This document shows, one piece after another, positions 1-9,790 of a DNA stretch of 64,000 nucleotides. Source of the stretch: Polyangiales bacterium (GTDB lineage Bacteria; Myxococcota_A; Polyangia; Polyangiales; Polyangiaceae); contig JBBRNJ010000009.1 of NCBI GenBank assembly GCA_038230375.1, forward strand, positions 1 through 64,000, written 5' to 3'. Made by a program: the position numbers and the translations under genes. The number at the start of each line of letters is the position of its first letter. Within the stretch, counting starts at the first letter, position 1. The notes beneath the pieces were generated by a model, which saw only the letters and a program-made list of their open reading frames with translations, ran no database searches and was not told the origin of the DNA.

Positions 1-55
1 CACGTCGTCGCGGGTCGGCGACGATAGGCACCCCGGGAACGCCGGGAAATCGACA

Positions 56-71
56 GGGCACGACCTTTGCG
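56..71 (+). promoter_or_regulatory. candidate sigma54 -24/-12 promoter
   Basis: GGGCACGACCTTTGCG: GG-N10-GC with GGCACG and TTGC, just upstream of ATG 87. Confidence 0.45.
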
Positions 72-86
72 CGACTATCCACGATC

Positions 87-1022
87 ATGCGTAAGACTCG
101 CGCCCTCGCGTTCGCTCTGCCAGTGCTCCTCGTTGTCACGGCCGGAGCCTTCGTCGGCTGCAAGTCCGGAGGCGCAGCAGGAACGGGTAACCCATCTTCC
201 GCCAACCTGTTCGAGCGCCAGCCCAGGACGGGCGCGCTCGCCTTCATCATTCGCTCGAACAGCCCGAACGGACAATCCATCGGCGACGTGCAGGTGAGCT
301 TCACGGAGCGCGTCACGAATGACGGTGGCACGCGTACCGATCTTGATGGTGGCTCACCTCCAGACTGCGAGCCCGTCGCGATCGGTCCGTGCGTCGTCAC
401 ATCATGCGTGCAGGGTACACCTATCGGCGGCGCTGAATCGCGCAGCGTCGCGCCGGCTGGCGACATCACGGTCACGGACACCACTTCGGGCAAGAGCCAG
501 CTCTTCACGGCGACCATGGGCGGGTATCAGTACAACGGACAGGCGCCCATTCCTGCAAACCCCGGCGACGCGATCACCTTCACCGCGGCTGGCGGCACGG
601 CTCCGGCGTTCTCGCAGTCGCTCGTCGCGCCTCTTGCCATCACACCCACGCCGTTCCCGTGCCCGGACGCATCGGCGGACGCATCCCCGACGAGCTGCAA
701 GATCTCGCGCTCGCAGGATCTCACGCTCGGATGGAGCGGCGGCGACCAGGGCAGCGTGGCGTTGACGCTCTCCGCATTCGGTGCGGGCTGCAACAACGCG
801 CAGAGCTGTCCGCCATTGCAGTCCACCGCGGTGTGCAAGTTCGATGTTGGCGGCGGATCAGCCACCATCCCGAAGGAGGTGCTCGCGCGCTTCCCCGAGG
901 CCAGCGTCTCGGTCGGCTACGCAGCGGTGGACACGATCGACTTCGCGGACGGCGACTACATCATCCGCGTGTCCGCGATCACCGCGACATCAAACCAGCT
1001 CTCGTTCCCACTCACGCAGTGA
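87..1022 (+). CDS. Cys-containing lipoprotein, hypothetical
   Basis: 311 aa ORF with signal peptide ending FVG-C lipobox; paired Cys; typical myxobacterial secreted protein. Confidence 0.8.
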   Translation: MRKTRALAFALPVLLVVTAGAFVGCKSGGAAGTGNPSSANLFERQPRTGALAFIIRSNSPNGQSIGDVQVSFTERVTNDGGTRTDLDGGSPPDCEPVAIGPCVVTSCVQGTPIGGAESRSVAPAGDITVTDTTSGKSQLFTATMGGYQYNGQAPIPANPGDAITFTAAGGTAPAFSQSLVAPLAITPTPFPCPDASADASPTSCKISRSQDLTLGWSGGDQGSVALTLSAFGAGCNNAQSCPPLQSTAVCKFDVGGGSATIPKEVLARFPEASVSVGYAAVDTIDFADGDYIIRVSAITATSNQLSFPLTQ

Positions 1023-1032
1023 GCCGCAAACT

Positions 1033-2478
1033 TCACGGCTCCGGCGTTCTCGGAACCGTCTTCGTGCTCCGCTCGGTGTCTTGCCACACGACCTTGCCGG
1101 TCTTCACATCCACCACGCGGACGTCGAGTGATACGCCGCCGGGGTTCTCGGAGCCGCCCGCAACAAGGTTGCCCGTGATGACGTAGCGCGCCTGAAGCGT
1201 GCGCCCGATCGCGAGCGTGTCTGCTGCGTCGAGCGTGATGCGGCCTCGGGATGCGATTGCGCGGTCGGTCGCGCGGGGCTCGATCAGCTTGATCGAATGC
1301 GCGGGTAGAAACCGCTCGACCTCGGCGCGTGGCGCGTTCTCCACTGCGCTGGAGAGAGGTGCGACCAGTGTGCTCGTGAACGGCAGGACCACGACGAGCG
1401 GTGACGCGCCGTTGCGCCATTGCTGCATCAACGCAGAGCTGTCGAGCTGCGCCAGGGCGCTCCTTGTGAGCTGCGACGCTTCGTCGGCGTCAAACGTGTC
1501 GGCTGCGATCGGCGCCGATGGCGCTTCGCGGGGAGGAGGCGGAGGAGGAGGCACCGGGGAAGGCACTTCGGTCTGCACCTCAGGCTCCGGAGGCGCCGGG
1601 CGGGGCTTTGGGTCCGATCGCCCGCGCCGTTCCGCAGCGCCGCCCTTGCTTGCGGCGAAGCCGATGCCGAAGGAGACGCCAGCGTAGCTCGAACGGACGT
1701 CTGCGCTGGAGCCGTCGCTGCCAAGGCCGACCCCATGCATGAACGTACCGTCGAAGCACAAAGCAAATCCGGCAGCGATGCCGTCCTTGAATACGGGGAA
1801 CAGTCCGCAGGCGCGGGCACGCAACTCTTCGGGTGCGGGCGTGTCATGGCTCTGCGAGTACGTGAGGTAGTCCACCCGAGCGAGCAGCGGCCACACGTGC
1901 AGCTGCGCGTATCCACCGCCAGAGGGCGCGCCGTTCAGCTCACGGCGAAGCTCGTTGCCTGTATTGTAGCGACCCACCAGCGTGATCGCGCCGTCCAGAC
2001 CCGCGTCGAGCGAGACGCCTGGCAGCGCGATGATCGCGATCCCGACCTGGGCTTCGGGGAGATCCAGATGCGTGTGGAGAGCGAGGTCGTTCGAGCGGTA
2101 CTCGCCCCCCATGCCGACCCGCAGGTACGGTTGAATGACCGCCGAGTCAGGAAACGATACGCCGAGCAGCAGCTTCTCCCGGTAGCGACCGTCCAGCCCG
2201 TTGTCGCCTCCGCCGAGATGCATGGCGAGCTCGTGGTAGCCGACCAGGTATTGCCCGTACCAGGTCGTGATGTGCGACTCCGCCGCCACCGTGTAAGAGT
2301 TTCCGATGCCGCCGCTGACTCCGCCGCGAAGCGTGTTCTGACCGCCGCCCAGGACCAGCCCGAAGTCTGCGATGAAGCCGTCTTCACCTGCGTGCGCGGC
2401 CCCTGGCCAGAGCAGTCCGAACGACGCGACGCAACCGATCGCGAGCGCACGCAGGACTGCGCGCGCGCGACGCGTCAC
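1033..2478 (-). CDS. secreted protein: beta-strand-rich N-terminal domain, Pro-rich linker, C-terminal LpoB/CsgG-like domain
   Basis: AHA signal peptide; C-terminal IGRTLQARYVITGNL...VRVVDVKTGKVVW pattern; GTGA overlap with upstream gene. Confidence 0.65.
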   Translation of the reverse strand: MTRRARAVLRALAIGCVASFGLLWPGAAHAGEDGFIADFGLVLGGGQNTLRGGVSGGIGNSYTVAAESHITTWYGQYLVGYHELAMHLGGGDNGLDGRYREKLLLGVSFPDSAVIQPYLRVGMGGEYRSNDLALHTHLDLPEAQVGIAIIALPGVSLDAGLDGAITLVGRYNTGNELRRELNGAPSGGGYAQLHVWPLLARVDYLTYSQSHDTPAPEELRARACGLFPVFKDGIAAGFALCFDGTFMHGVGLGSDGSSADVRSSYAGVSFGIGFAASKGGAAERRGRSDPKPRPAPPEPEVQTEVPSPVPPPPPPPREAPSAPIAADTFDADEASQLTRSALAQLDSSALMQQWRNGASPLVVVLPFTSTLVAPLSSAVENAPRAEVERFLPAHSIKLIEPRATDRAIASRGRITLDAADTLAIGRTLQARYVITGNLVAGGSENPGGVSLDVRVVDVKTGKVVWQDTERSTKTVPRTPEP

Positions 2479-5030
2479 GGGGCGGGGGCCGCGTCGATGG
2501 CGCGCCTGTAGCGTTCGCGGCGCGGTGGGTCGCGCAGGATGTCGTAGGCCTCTTCGAGCACGCTGACGACCTTCTTCACGTCCGACACCAGGTATGCGAG
2601 GCGCGGCGTGAGCAAGCGCGAGGGCTCGAACGAGCGGCGCAGCTCCAGGAATGCACGGCGGATCTCGTAGCCGGTCGCGTCGCGCGAGACACCCAGGATC
2701 GTGAAGTAGTCGCCTTCGTCCACGAGCTGCACGCGCGCACGCACGCGCGCGACGATGGCCTCTTCGTCGAGCTCTGCGATCTCGCGATCGCGCTCCGGCT
2801 CGTCGGTGGTGGCGGCTGCATCACGGCGACGCACGTTCGCGATGGGCTCCAGAACGCCCAGCAGCGAGAGCCCCAGCACCACCGCCACGACGTCCGGTTC
2901 GGGGCTCCGTGCGAGGAGCTGCCCGAGCGTGCCGCCGCGCGCGTCCAGGATGAGCCGCTCCTCCGCTGGGTCCAGCCCCGATTCCGACAGCAGCTGGCCC
3001 TGGACTCCGTCCGCGAGGCGGGTCTCTTCACCACCGAGCACGGCGGTGGCGACATCCGCCGTGTATGCGCGACGAACGAGCTCCACGAACACTGCGGCGC
3101 CGGCGGTTCCGCCGAACACGCTGGGCTCACCACGGAGTCGACCCGGCGGCTCGGGCTCGATGGTGACTGACCCGCGGGTCACTTTCATCGCGAGGAGCGC
3201 GACCCACTCTGCATGGGCACGGAGCGCGCTCCACAGACCATCCTGCGACAGGTGTCCGTGCGCGACGAGCGCAGCGCCTGCGTGCCGACCAAACGGCGGC
3301 ACCTTGCCCGACAGCTTCGCGCCCGCGGCGCGCGGCAGATCTCCGCGCTGGACCAGGAACGACACCAGGTTCTCGTCATCCAGACCCGACGCGGCCGTGA
3401 CCACGTCGCCTTCGTACAGGACGATCCGGCGCACGCCGTCGGCGCCTTCCACGCAGACCGATCCGGTCTTGCGCTCACGGATCTGGTTCGCGACGAGGCG
3501 CGCAAACTCGACCTGCGAGCTGATGACCTGCGTCACGTTCTTCGGCGCAGGCGCCTGCACGGAGCCCGGCGATGGACCTGCTCCACTCGCGCCAGAGCTG
3601 CCAACGCTGCTGCCTGTGCCGCTTCCGGTTCCCGTCGCCACGCGACGGAGGTCCTCGTTGTGCGTGGGCACGCGGCTCGGGGGCCTCGTGTCGGGCTGCT
3701 GCGCGCCGGGATGCGAGCTCTGGGTATTCGAGAACTCGCCACGGCGCGTCTCGCGGACAGCGTCGTTCGCGTGATGCGGAAAGCTGCCGGAGGAGCTCGC
3801 AGGTGACGGAACACTCCCTGCGTTCGAGAACCCAGCGCCGGTACCGGTGCCACCGCTGGTGCCGCCACCACCGGTGCCGGGCGCGCCGGTGCCCGCTGGT
3901 AGCGCGGTGGTGGGGGGCGCAAGGGACGAGGGCCTCCGCGACGCGACCTGCGACGACACCTCGGGACGCGACGAGCCGCGCTCGCTGCCCATGCCGCGTG
4001 CGCCGGTCGTCAAGACCCCCTCTGCGCTGCCGGCGGTGCTTCCAGCATTGGTCGTGGGTGGTGCGTCGCTGCCGGGCTTCCTTTCGCGCGAGCGCCCGAC
4101 GGCCGTCGCCTGGAATGCCTGAGCGGCGCGCGAAGGGCCGAGCGACATCGCGATCTCGGGAGAGCTCTCGTCGAGCGAGTCCTCCTCGAGCGGCTCGTCG
4201 AGCGCAGCGAGCACCTCCGCAGGCAGCACGGCCTCGATCTCTTCCTCGGGCGTGACCGTGGGCTCCTGCACGTCCTGTCCGACCACGCGTCGCTCGGCGT
4301 CGTCGAGCATGCGCTGCAGCTCCGGGCTGATCGGGCCCATCATCGCCGCGGCCGCGCGGTCCGCGTCGTCGAGCACGTGCGCAGAGGGCACCTGATTGCT
4401 CGGTGAGCGAGACACGTCGAACGCGGGCGGCAGCACGCTGGGCGGCCGTGAGCCACGCGGTGGCGGCGGCAAGGAGGAGTTGCTGCGACGCGCACCACCA
4501 CCCGTGGGCGCCGCCTGCGGCAGCTGCGGCGACGAGTGACGCGAGGCAGGGATCGATGGCGGCGGTGTGGATGTGGAGCGGAAGCTCTGGCTGCGCAGCT
4601 CTGGACCGCCGGTCAGCACGCGCAGCTTCGTGAGCAGCCCACCGATGTCCACGGGGCGCGCAAAGAACCCGCTCGCGTCGTGGTCGAGCGCGTCGTCCGC
4701 GTCCGCGATCACGTTGCCGGCGCGGCCGAAGAACACAAAGTCCACGCCCCCCGTATCGGGGAGCTCGCGCACGTGAGCGACCTCGGCGAGGGCGCCCTCT
4801 GCGTCCACGTCGAGCAGGACGACGTCGGGGCGCTGCACGGCAATACGCGAGAAGAGCATCGAGAGCGGCACGTCCGCGACCAGATAGCCGGCCGTGCGCA
4901 GCACCTGGGAGATGCGCTCTGCTTCCGCCGAAGGGTCTGCAAGGAACACGGTGGGCGGAAGTCCGCCGCCGCTTCCGGTGCCGACAGAGCCGGCATCGGC
5001 GTTCGTGCCTTCACCTCCCCCTTCGGTCAC
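2475..5030 (-). CDS. receiver-like domain + low-complexity linker + DUF4388-like domain + C-terminal J-like domain
   Basis: RPDVVLLD..FFARP receiver; GSVCVEG..RRIVLYEGDVVTA; DYFTILGVSRDAT..EIRRAF..RRERY. Start moved to GTG 5030, which overlaps the upstream stop. Confidence 0.75.
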   Translation of the reverse strand: MTEGGGEGTNADAGSVGTGSGGGLPPTVFLADPSAEAERISQVLRTAGYLVADVPLSMLFSRIAVQRPDVVLLDVDAEGALAEVAHVRELPDTGGVDFVFFGRAGNVIADADDALDHDASGFFARPVDIGGLLTKLRVLTGGPELRSQSFRSTSTPPPSIPASRHSSPQLPQAAPTGGGARRSNSSLPPPPRGSRPPSVLPPAFDVSRSPSNQVPSAHVLDDADRAAAAMMGPISPELQRMLDDAERRVVGQDVQEPTVTPEEEIEAVLPAEVLAALDEPLEEDSLDESSPEIAMSLGPSRAAQAFQATAVGRSRERKPGSDAPPTTNAGSTAGSAEGVLTTGARGMGSERGSSRPEVSSQVASRRPSSLAPPTTALPAGTGAPGTGGGGTSGGTGTGAGFSNAGSVPSPASSSGSFPHHANDAVRETRRGEFSNTQSSHPGAQQPDTRPPSRVPTHNEDLRRVATGTGSGTGSSVGSSGASGAGPSPGSVQAPAPKNVTQVISSQVEFARLVANQIRERKTGSVCVEGADGVRRIVLYEGDVVTAASGLDDENLVSFLVQRGDLPRAAGAKLSGKVPPFGRHAGAALVAHGHLSQDGLWSALRAHAEWVALLAMKVTRGSVTIEPEPPGRLRGEPSVFGGTAGAAVFVELVRRAYTADVATAVLGGEETRLADGVQGQLLSESGLDPAEERLILDARGGTLGQLLARSPEPDVVAVVLGLSLLGVLEPIANVRRRDAAATTDEPERDREIAELDEEAIVARVRARVQLVDEGDYFTILGVSRDATGYEIRRAFLELRRSFEPSRLLTPRLAYLVSDVKKVVSVLEEAYDILRDPPRRERYRRAIDAAPAP

Positions 5031-5179
5031 GAGCCCCTCTTCTCCTTCGGTGCGGGTGAGCGCTTCGCGATCGCGATCGCGATCTTCTCGGTCAAGCGCG
5101 GCACCCACACGGCCGCGTACACGAGCGCGACGATGAAGAGCGTGAGACCGAGCTCTGTGCGAGAAAGTCCGAGAAACAT
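5027..5179 (-). CDS. 50 aa membrane protein, TatA-like layout
   Basis: MFLGLSRTELGLTLFIVALVYAAVWVPRLTEKIAIAIAKRSPAPKEKRGS; AAGAAGG upstream; stop overlaps next start (GTGA). Confidence 0.6.
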   Translation of the reverse strand: MFLGLSRTELGLTLFIVALVYAAVWVPRLTEKIAIAIAKRSPAPKEKRGS

Positions 5180-5206
5180 CCTTCTTCGTTGTAACATAAC
5201 CGGCCG

Positions 5207-6565
5207 ATGCCGGTCTTCGTTCGTGCCGAAAGCGAGGACGGTCGCGCCCCCGACGATCCAGTGATGCGCTGGACGGCTGGCACCGTGCTCCCTGCTGGAA
5301 GCGAGCAAAAACCAGCACCAAAGCTGACGGCCACCTCCGAGGTGTCGCTTTCGGAGACCGGACCGTTTGGTCCACTGGGCCTCGAGCTGCTTCGAAACGA
5401 CCGGCTGCGCTCGGAGCTCGCGGTCGCGCTCGACATCGCAGAGGTGAAGGCGCTCGCACGCGTGCGTCTGCTGGCGCCGGCGCTCGCGCTGCCCCTGATG
5501 TGGCTCGCGTGGGTGGACTACGCAAGCGACGACCTCTCGCCCACGGCACTGCACGCGTCGGCTCGCGTGATGTGGCCCGTGCTCGACGTGCTGGCAGCCG
5601 TGGCGGCCCTGTACGACTCCACGCGGCGCGCACCACACAGGCGGTGGCTCGTGCTCGCAGTGGTTGCGGGAGGCGTCGCGCGTCTCCTGAACCAGAGCGC
5701 CGAGAGCTGCACGCTGTTCTTCACGAAGAACGCGCACGGTTCGATCGGCGTCGCATGGGTGGGCGCGGCGCTCTCGCTCGCGGCGCTGGTGGTGCTCGGA
5801 CTGTGGTTGTCGCGCACGGCGGCGCCGCGGCTCGTGGCGCGGCAGGTCCTGGACGCGCTGGAGATCGACGTGGACTCGGTGCTCGCGCTGCCGGAGCCAC
5901 CCAGACCGCGCGTGGAGCTGGTCGTGGTCGCGGGCGGCGCGGCACTCGCCATGTGCGCGATCGGGATGTTCATGAAGGAGCGGCCGCTCGCGGTGCAGGC
6001 GACGGCGGCGTTGCTCGTGGGACTGGGCGCCATGACGATCGTGCGGCGCCGCGGCAAGAGCGGCGAGCCGAAGACGGACGCCGAGGCCGGCGCGCATGTG
6101 CTCGTGGTCGGCGTGCTCGGATTCCTGGGGGCCGCGTTCGCCGCGCGCGCGATCCAGCAGGGCTTCGATGCGGGCGGGAACCTGCTCCGCTGCCGCGATC
6201 TATCGTCCTTCGAGGACAGCGGGGCAAAACGGCAACTCCTCCTGGAGACCGTGGAGATGCTGTCGGCGCGGGCGCGCGCGCGCGACACGTGGGCAAACAC
6301 GATCTCCATTGTCGCTGCGCTGCCGCTGGCGTACGAGCTCCTGTTCAGAGGCGCTGTCCAGCGTGTGCTCGCGCGTCGCTACAGCGGAACGAGCGCCCTC
6401 TTCCTGGGCGCCCTCGCGTACGCGATCGCCGCGTCGATGACCTACGAGTCACTCTTTTACCGCACGGTAGCTGCGGGCCTCGCGTTCGGCCTCATCTATG
6501 CGGAGGCGGGCATCTATGCGGCCATCTTGGCTCACGTTCTTTATGCAGTGCACCTGGTCGTGTGA
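5207..6565 (+). CDS. polytopic membrane protein with degenerate CPBP/Abi intramembrane protease domain
   Basis: Many TM segments; YELLFRG, GLAFGLIY..G, AILAH motifs; start uncertain. Confidence 0.65.
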   Translation: MPVFVRAESEDGRAPDDPVMRWTAGTVLPAGSEQKPAPKLTATSEVSLSETGPFGPLGLELLRNDRLRSELAVALDIAEVKALARVRLLAPALALPLMWLAWVDYASDDLSPTALHASARVMWPVLDVLAAVAALYDSTRRAPHRRWLVLAVVAGGVARLLNQSAESCTLFFTKNAHGSIGVAWVGAALSLAALVVLGLWLSRTAAPRLVARQVLDALEIDVDSVLALPEPPRPRVELVVVAGGAALAMCAIGMFMKERPLAVQATAALLVGLGAMTIVRRRGKSGEPKTDAEAGAHVLVVGVLGFLGAAFAARAIQQGFDAGGNLLRCRDLSSFEDSGAKRQLLLETVEMLSARARARDTWANTISIVAALPLAYELLFRGAVQRVLARRYSGTSALFLGALAYAIAASMTYESLFYRTVAAGLAFGLIYAEAGIYAAILAHVLYAVHLVV

Positions 6566-6593
6566 CGCCGGCAACTGATAACGTGGCCCGACC

Positions 6594-7787
6594 ATGTCGG
6601 AAGGCATCACGCCAAAGCTCGCCACCGGGACCATCCTGGGCGGAAAGTTCGAGATCACCGGCGTGCTCGGTGAAGGCGGCACGGGTGTCGTCTACGAGGC
6701 GAAGAAGACGGACGGCGGCGAGACGATTGCCCTGAAGGTGGTGCACCCGACCTTGTCCGGCGACAAGCAGGTGCGCGGGCGCTTCATGCGCGAGGCCGCC
6801 GTGCTCCGCATGCTCGGCGGCGACTTCATCTGCCCCGTGCTGGAGTCCGGTGAGCTCCCCCAGGAGCACGGGCCCACGCTGCTCTATCTGTCGCTGCCCA
6901 AGATCAGCGGGCGCTCTCTGGCGTCGGTGATCGCGAGGGACGGCGTGATGACCCTGTCCGAGGTGACCCGCATTGCATCCGACATCCTCACCGCGCTCGC
7001 CTCTGCGCATTCGCGCGGCATCATCCACCGGGATCTGAAGACGCAGAACGTGCTCCTGCGCGACGGCAAAGACGTGGTCGTCGTGGACTTCGGCATGGCG
7101 AAGATCATCACCGGCACGGCCGGCGTGGGTTCGGGCGCTACCACCGAGCTCACCGCGCACAACATGGTCTTCGGGACGCCCGAGTACATGTCCCCGGAAC
7201 AAGCGCGCGGCGACGACGTCGACGCACGGTGCGACGTCTACTCGGCCGGCGTGATCCTGTACGAGCTGCTCACGGGGACGGTTCCGTTCTCTGGTGGGAC
7301 GCCGCTCACGGTGCTGACGCGACACCTGACGGACGCGCCCGAGGCACCAGAGGTGCGCGCGAAGGATCGCAAGCTACCGAAGGCGCTCTGCGCGGTGGCG
7401 ATGCACGCGCTCGCGAAGAAGCCGGCCGACCGCTACGAGACCGCGGAGATCATGCGTGCCGCACTGGTACACGCGAACGCGGCTCCGGACGACATCGAAA
7501 ACGTGCATCCCACACGCTTCTCGTCTGACGAAGAGCCGGATGCGCACGCGCGCACCATGCCGGCCATCTCGCAGCGTGTGGACAGCACCATGCCGCCTGC
7601 GGTGCGCGTGAACGTGCGGAGCGATGCGCCGCCTCCTTCGTCCGTGCCGTCCACCGCGAAGATCAAGGACAAGCAGAAGCAAGCCAAGGCCCTCGAGGAG
7701 AGCGGCGGCTTCGGGCGCTACGTGGTGTGGGCAGTCCTCGCGCTGGCAAGCATCGGCCTGGGCGTGTGGCTCGCGCTACGCAAGTAG
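6594..7787 (+). CDS. Ser/Thr protein kinase with C-terminal TM anchor
   Basis: GEGGTG, ALK, HRDLK, DFG, GTPEYMSPEQ. Confidence 0.95.
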   Translation: MSEGITPKLATGTILGGKFEITGVLGEGGTGVVYEAKKTDGGETIALKVVHPTLSGDKQVRGRFMREAAVLRMLGGDFICPVLESGELPQEHGPTLLYLSLPKISGRSLASVIARDGVMTLSEVTRIASDILTALASAHSRGIIHRDLKTQNVLLRDGKDVVVVDFGMAKIITGTAGVGSGATTELTAHNMVFGTPEYMSPEQARGDDVDARCDVYSAGVILYELLTGTVPFSGGTPLTVLTRHLTDAPEAPEVRAKDRKLPKALCAVAMHALAKKPADRYETAEIMRAALVHANAAPDDIENVHPTRFSSDEEPDAHARTMPAISQRVDSTMPPAVRVNVRSDAPPPSSVPSTAKIKDKQKQAKALEESGGFGRYVVWAVLALASIGLGVWLALRK

Positions 7788-7788
7788 C

Positions 7789-8793
7789 TCACGGGACCAG
7801 GAGCACCTTGCCGTCCGTTGCGGACTCCTTCGCCATGGTGAGGGCCTCTTCGTGTTTCTCCAGCGGGAGGCGCGCGCGCACCTTCGTATGCAGCACGTCT
7901 TGCAGGAGGCCTTGCACCTTCATGATCGCGAGGAGCTGGCCCAGCATGCTGGTGTGCCGAAGCCACTCGTACATGGTGAAGCCTTCGAGCCGTTTACCCT
8001 TGAAAACAAGCTCCTTTCCATCGATCTGGGACGGCGCGTTGGCGAGCATGCCGTAGACGCGCACGATCGACTCGTCGGGCATCGCAGAGAAGAGCTGGCC
8101 CGTCATCTCTCCGCCCACCGCGTCGAGCGCGAGCCTTGCCTGGTGCTTCGTTGCCAGCGCGCGGAGCTCCTCCAGGAAGCCAGGGGCGGTGCTGTCCAGC
8201 ACATGCGCGGCGCCATCCTTCGTGAGCGCGTCGACCTGGCTCTTCTTTCGCACCACGCTGATCACAGTGCGCCCCTGGCGCCGAAAGAGCCGGTTCAGCA
8301 TCTGGCCGAGCGCGCCCGCGGCCGCGGTCACGACGACGGCGCCATGGCCCTCCGCGCGCGAGGCGAGCACCCACGCGGTCATCGGGTTCGTGAGCATCGT
8401 CGCGCCAGCGTCCAGATCGATCCCACCGCGCAGCGGCGCGCATTGCATCGCGGGGACCGCCGCGTACTCCGCCCACGTCCCGTCGCCTTCGCCTGCGGCG
8501 CACGCCACGCGGCGCCCCACCATCATGCTCGCCATGAATCCGCCGCCGGACGCGACGACCGTGCCGCTACCCTCGAAGCCGCACACCACGGGCAGATCCT
8601 TCTTCACCTCGTAGCGATCCTGGAGGAAGAGCAGGTCGTTCGGGTTGATGGGCGCGGCGCCGATCTTCACGAGGACCTCACCCCGGCGCGGCACGGGCAG
8701 CGGCCGCTCCTGGAGCACGGGACGCGGCAGTTCGCCCTCGCGACTCGCAAGCACGAGCGCGCGCATCGTGCCGGGTAGCTTTGTCTTGCTCAT
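7789..8793 (-). CDS. NAD(P)H:quinone oxidoreductase-type MDR family protein
   Basis: AAPINPND, GFEGSG, AAAGALG, DAVGG, GKVLL. Confidence 0.85.
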   Translation of the reverse strand: MSKTKLPGTMRALVLASREGELPRPVLQERPLPVPRRGEVLVKIGAAPINPNDLLFLQDRYEVKKDLPVVCGFEGSGTVVASGGGFMASMMVGRRVACAAGEGDGTWAEYAAVPAMQCAPLRGGIDLDAGATMLTNPMTAWVLASRAEGHGAVVVTAAAGALGQMLNRLFRRQGRTVISVVRKKSQVDALTKDGAAHVLDSTAPGFLEELRALATKHQARLALDAVGGEMTGQLFSAMPDESIVRVYGMLANAPSQIDGKELVFKGKRLEGFTMYEWLRHTSMLGQLLAIMKVQGLLQDVLHTKVRARLPLEKHEEALTMAKESATDGKVLLVP

Positions 8794-8899
8794 CGCGCCT
8801 GATCCCCCTCGCCCGCTGCCACCAAGGCGTCGAGCATCGCTTGGATGCCGGACGGAGTCGAGCGTGGCTCGCTTCCGCATCGACGCCAGAAGAATTCTC

Positions 8900-9619
8900 T
8901 CAGCCGCGCGGCAACGGGCGCAGCGTGAAGTCGTAGCGACCCGCCACCGCGCCTTTGATGCGCGACATGTCCAGGATCAGCGAGCGATGAATGAACGGAT
9001 CGCCGTCGTTGTACGGATCGTCCGGGAAATAAAGCTGCGTTGTGAGGGGCACGTGCCCCGCCGCGGAGACCTTCACGTGGATGTGCGCTGGGCGGAAGCG
9101 CTTGCCGTTCAGGTAGCGGCCGGGGAGCACGGTGCCGCACGAGAAGCCACCGCGCGCGTCGGTTCGCAGCTTCCCGCGCAGGCGCATCGCGCCCTCGGGC
9201 AGGTGCTGGCTTCCGTCGTTGTCGTACTGGCCGTTGCCGTTCGCTTGCCACACGTCGACGACGGCGCCGCTGAGCGGCGTCTTGCAGTCGAGAGACATGA
9301 TGCTGCCGAGGAGGATCAGGGGCGAGCCCGTCACGTCTGGATCCACGAGGTCCGTGCGGAACGGCGCGCCGTCTCGATAGTACGGGCCCTCGATGCTCGA
9401 CTCGGTGCCGACGCCGGCGGTGCACCGCGGTCCGTCCGTACTCTGTGCGCCGGGGGCGGTGTCAGGCCGCCCGTTGTCCACGCGGCCAGCATCTCGCGGC
9501 GGCTCGCTGCGGGCAGCGTTGCAGCCAAGGATGATCGGCGCGGCGACGGGAATGAGCGCGAGAGAGCTTCCAAGAAAGAGTCGGCGAGAAAGGTTCTGGG
9601 TCATCGGGGTTCTCCTCAT
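8900..9619 (-). CDS. intradiol ring-cleavage dioxygenase-like Tat lipoprotein
   Basis: SRRLFL twin-arginine signal plus ILG-C; EGPYY, DVWQAN..GQYD, PGRY, RPAHIH, TTQLYF; start 9619 or 9604. Confidence 0.88.
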   Translation of the reverse strand: MRRTPMTQNLSRRLFLGSSLALIPVAAPIILGCNAARSEPPRDAGRVDNGRPDTAPGAQSTDGPRCTAGVGTESSIEGPYYRDGAPFRTDLVDPDVTGSPLILLGSIMSLDCKTPLSGAVVDVWQANGNGQYDNDGSQHLPEGAMRLRGKLRTDARGGFSCGTVLPGRYLNGKRFRPAHIHVKVSAAGHVPLTTQLYFPDDPYNDGDPFIHRSLILDMSRIKGAVAGRYDFTLRPLPRG

Positions 9620-9651
9620 CCCTGGAACGCAGCATCACGAAGACCGGCGCA
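9617..9651 (-). promoter_or_regulatory. ECF-type promoter, copy 1
   Basis: Minus strand reads TGCGCC-N15-GCGTTCCAGGGATG. Confidence 0.6.
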
Positions 9652-9716
9652 TGAAAACCGGACGAACCACAAGAATCGCTGAAAAACCTGCGGTTCGAAC
9701 AAACTTCGACAATCTG

Positions 9717-9751
9717 TGCGCCACCCGACCAGACCGCGCGTTCCTGGGATG
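9717..9751 (+). promoter_or_regulatory. ECF-type promoter, copy 2
   Basis: TGCGCC-N15-GCGTTCCTGGGATG. Confidence 0.6.
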
Positions 9752-9790
9752 AAGCCGGCAATCTCGCCCGACGAACCAAGGAAGAACACC

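Noticed and set aside
5031..5636. N-terminal extension of the 1053 aa ORF
   Set aside because: Overlaps the TatA-like and CPBP genes; GTG 5030 is the better start
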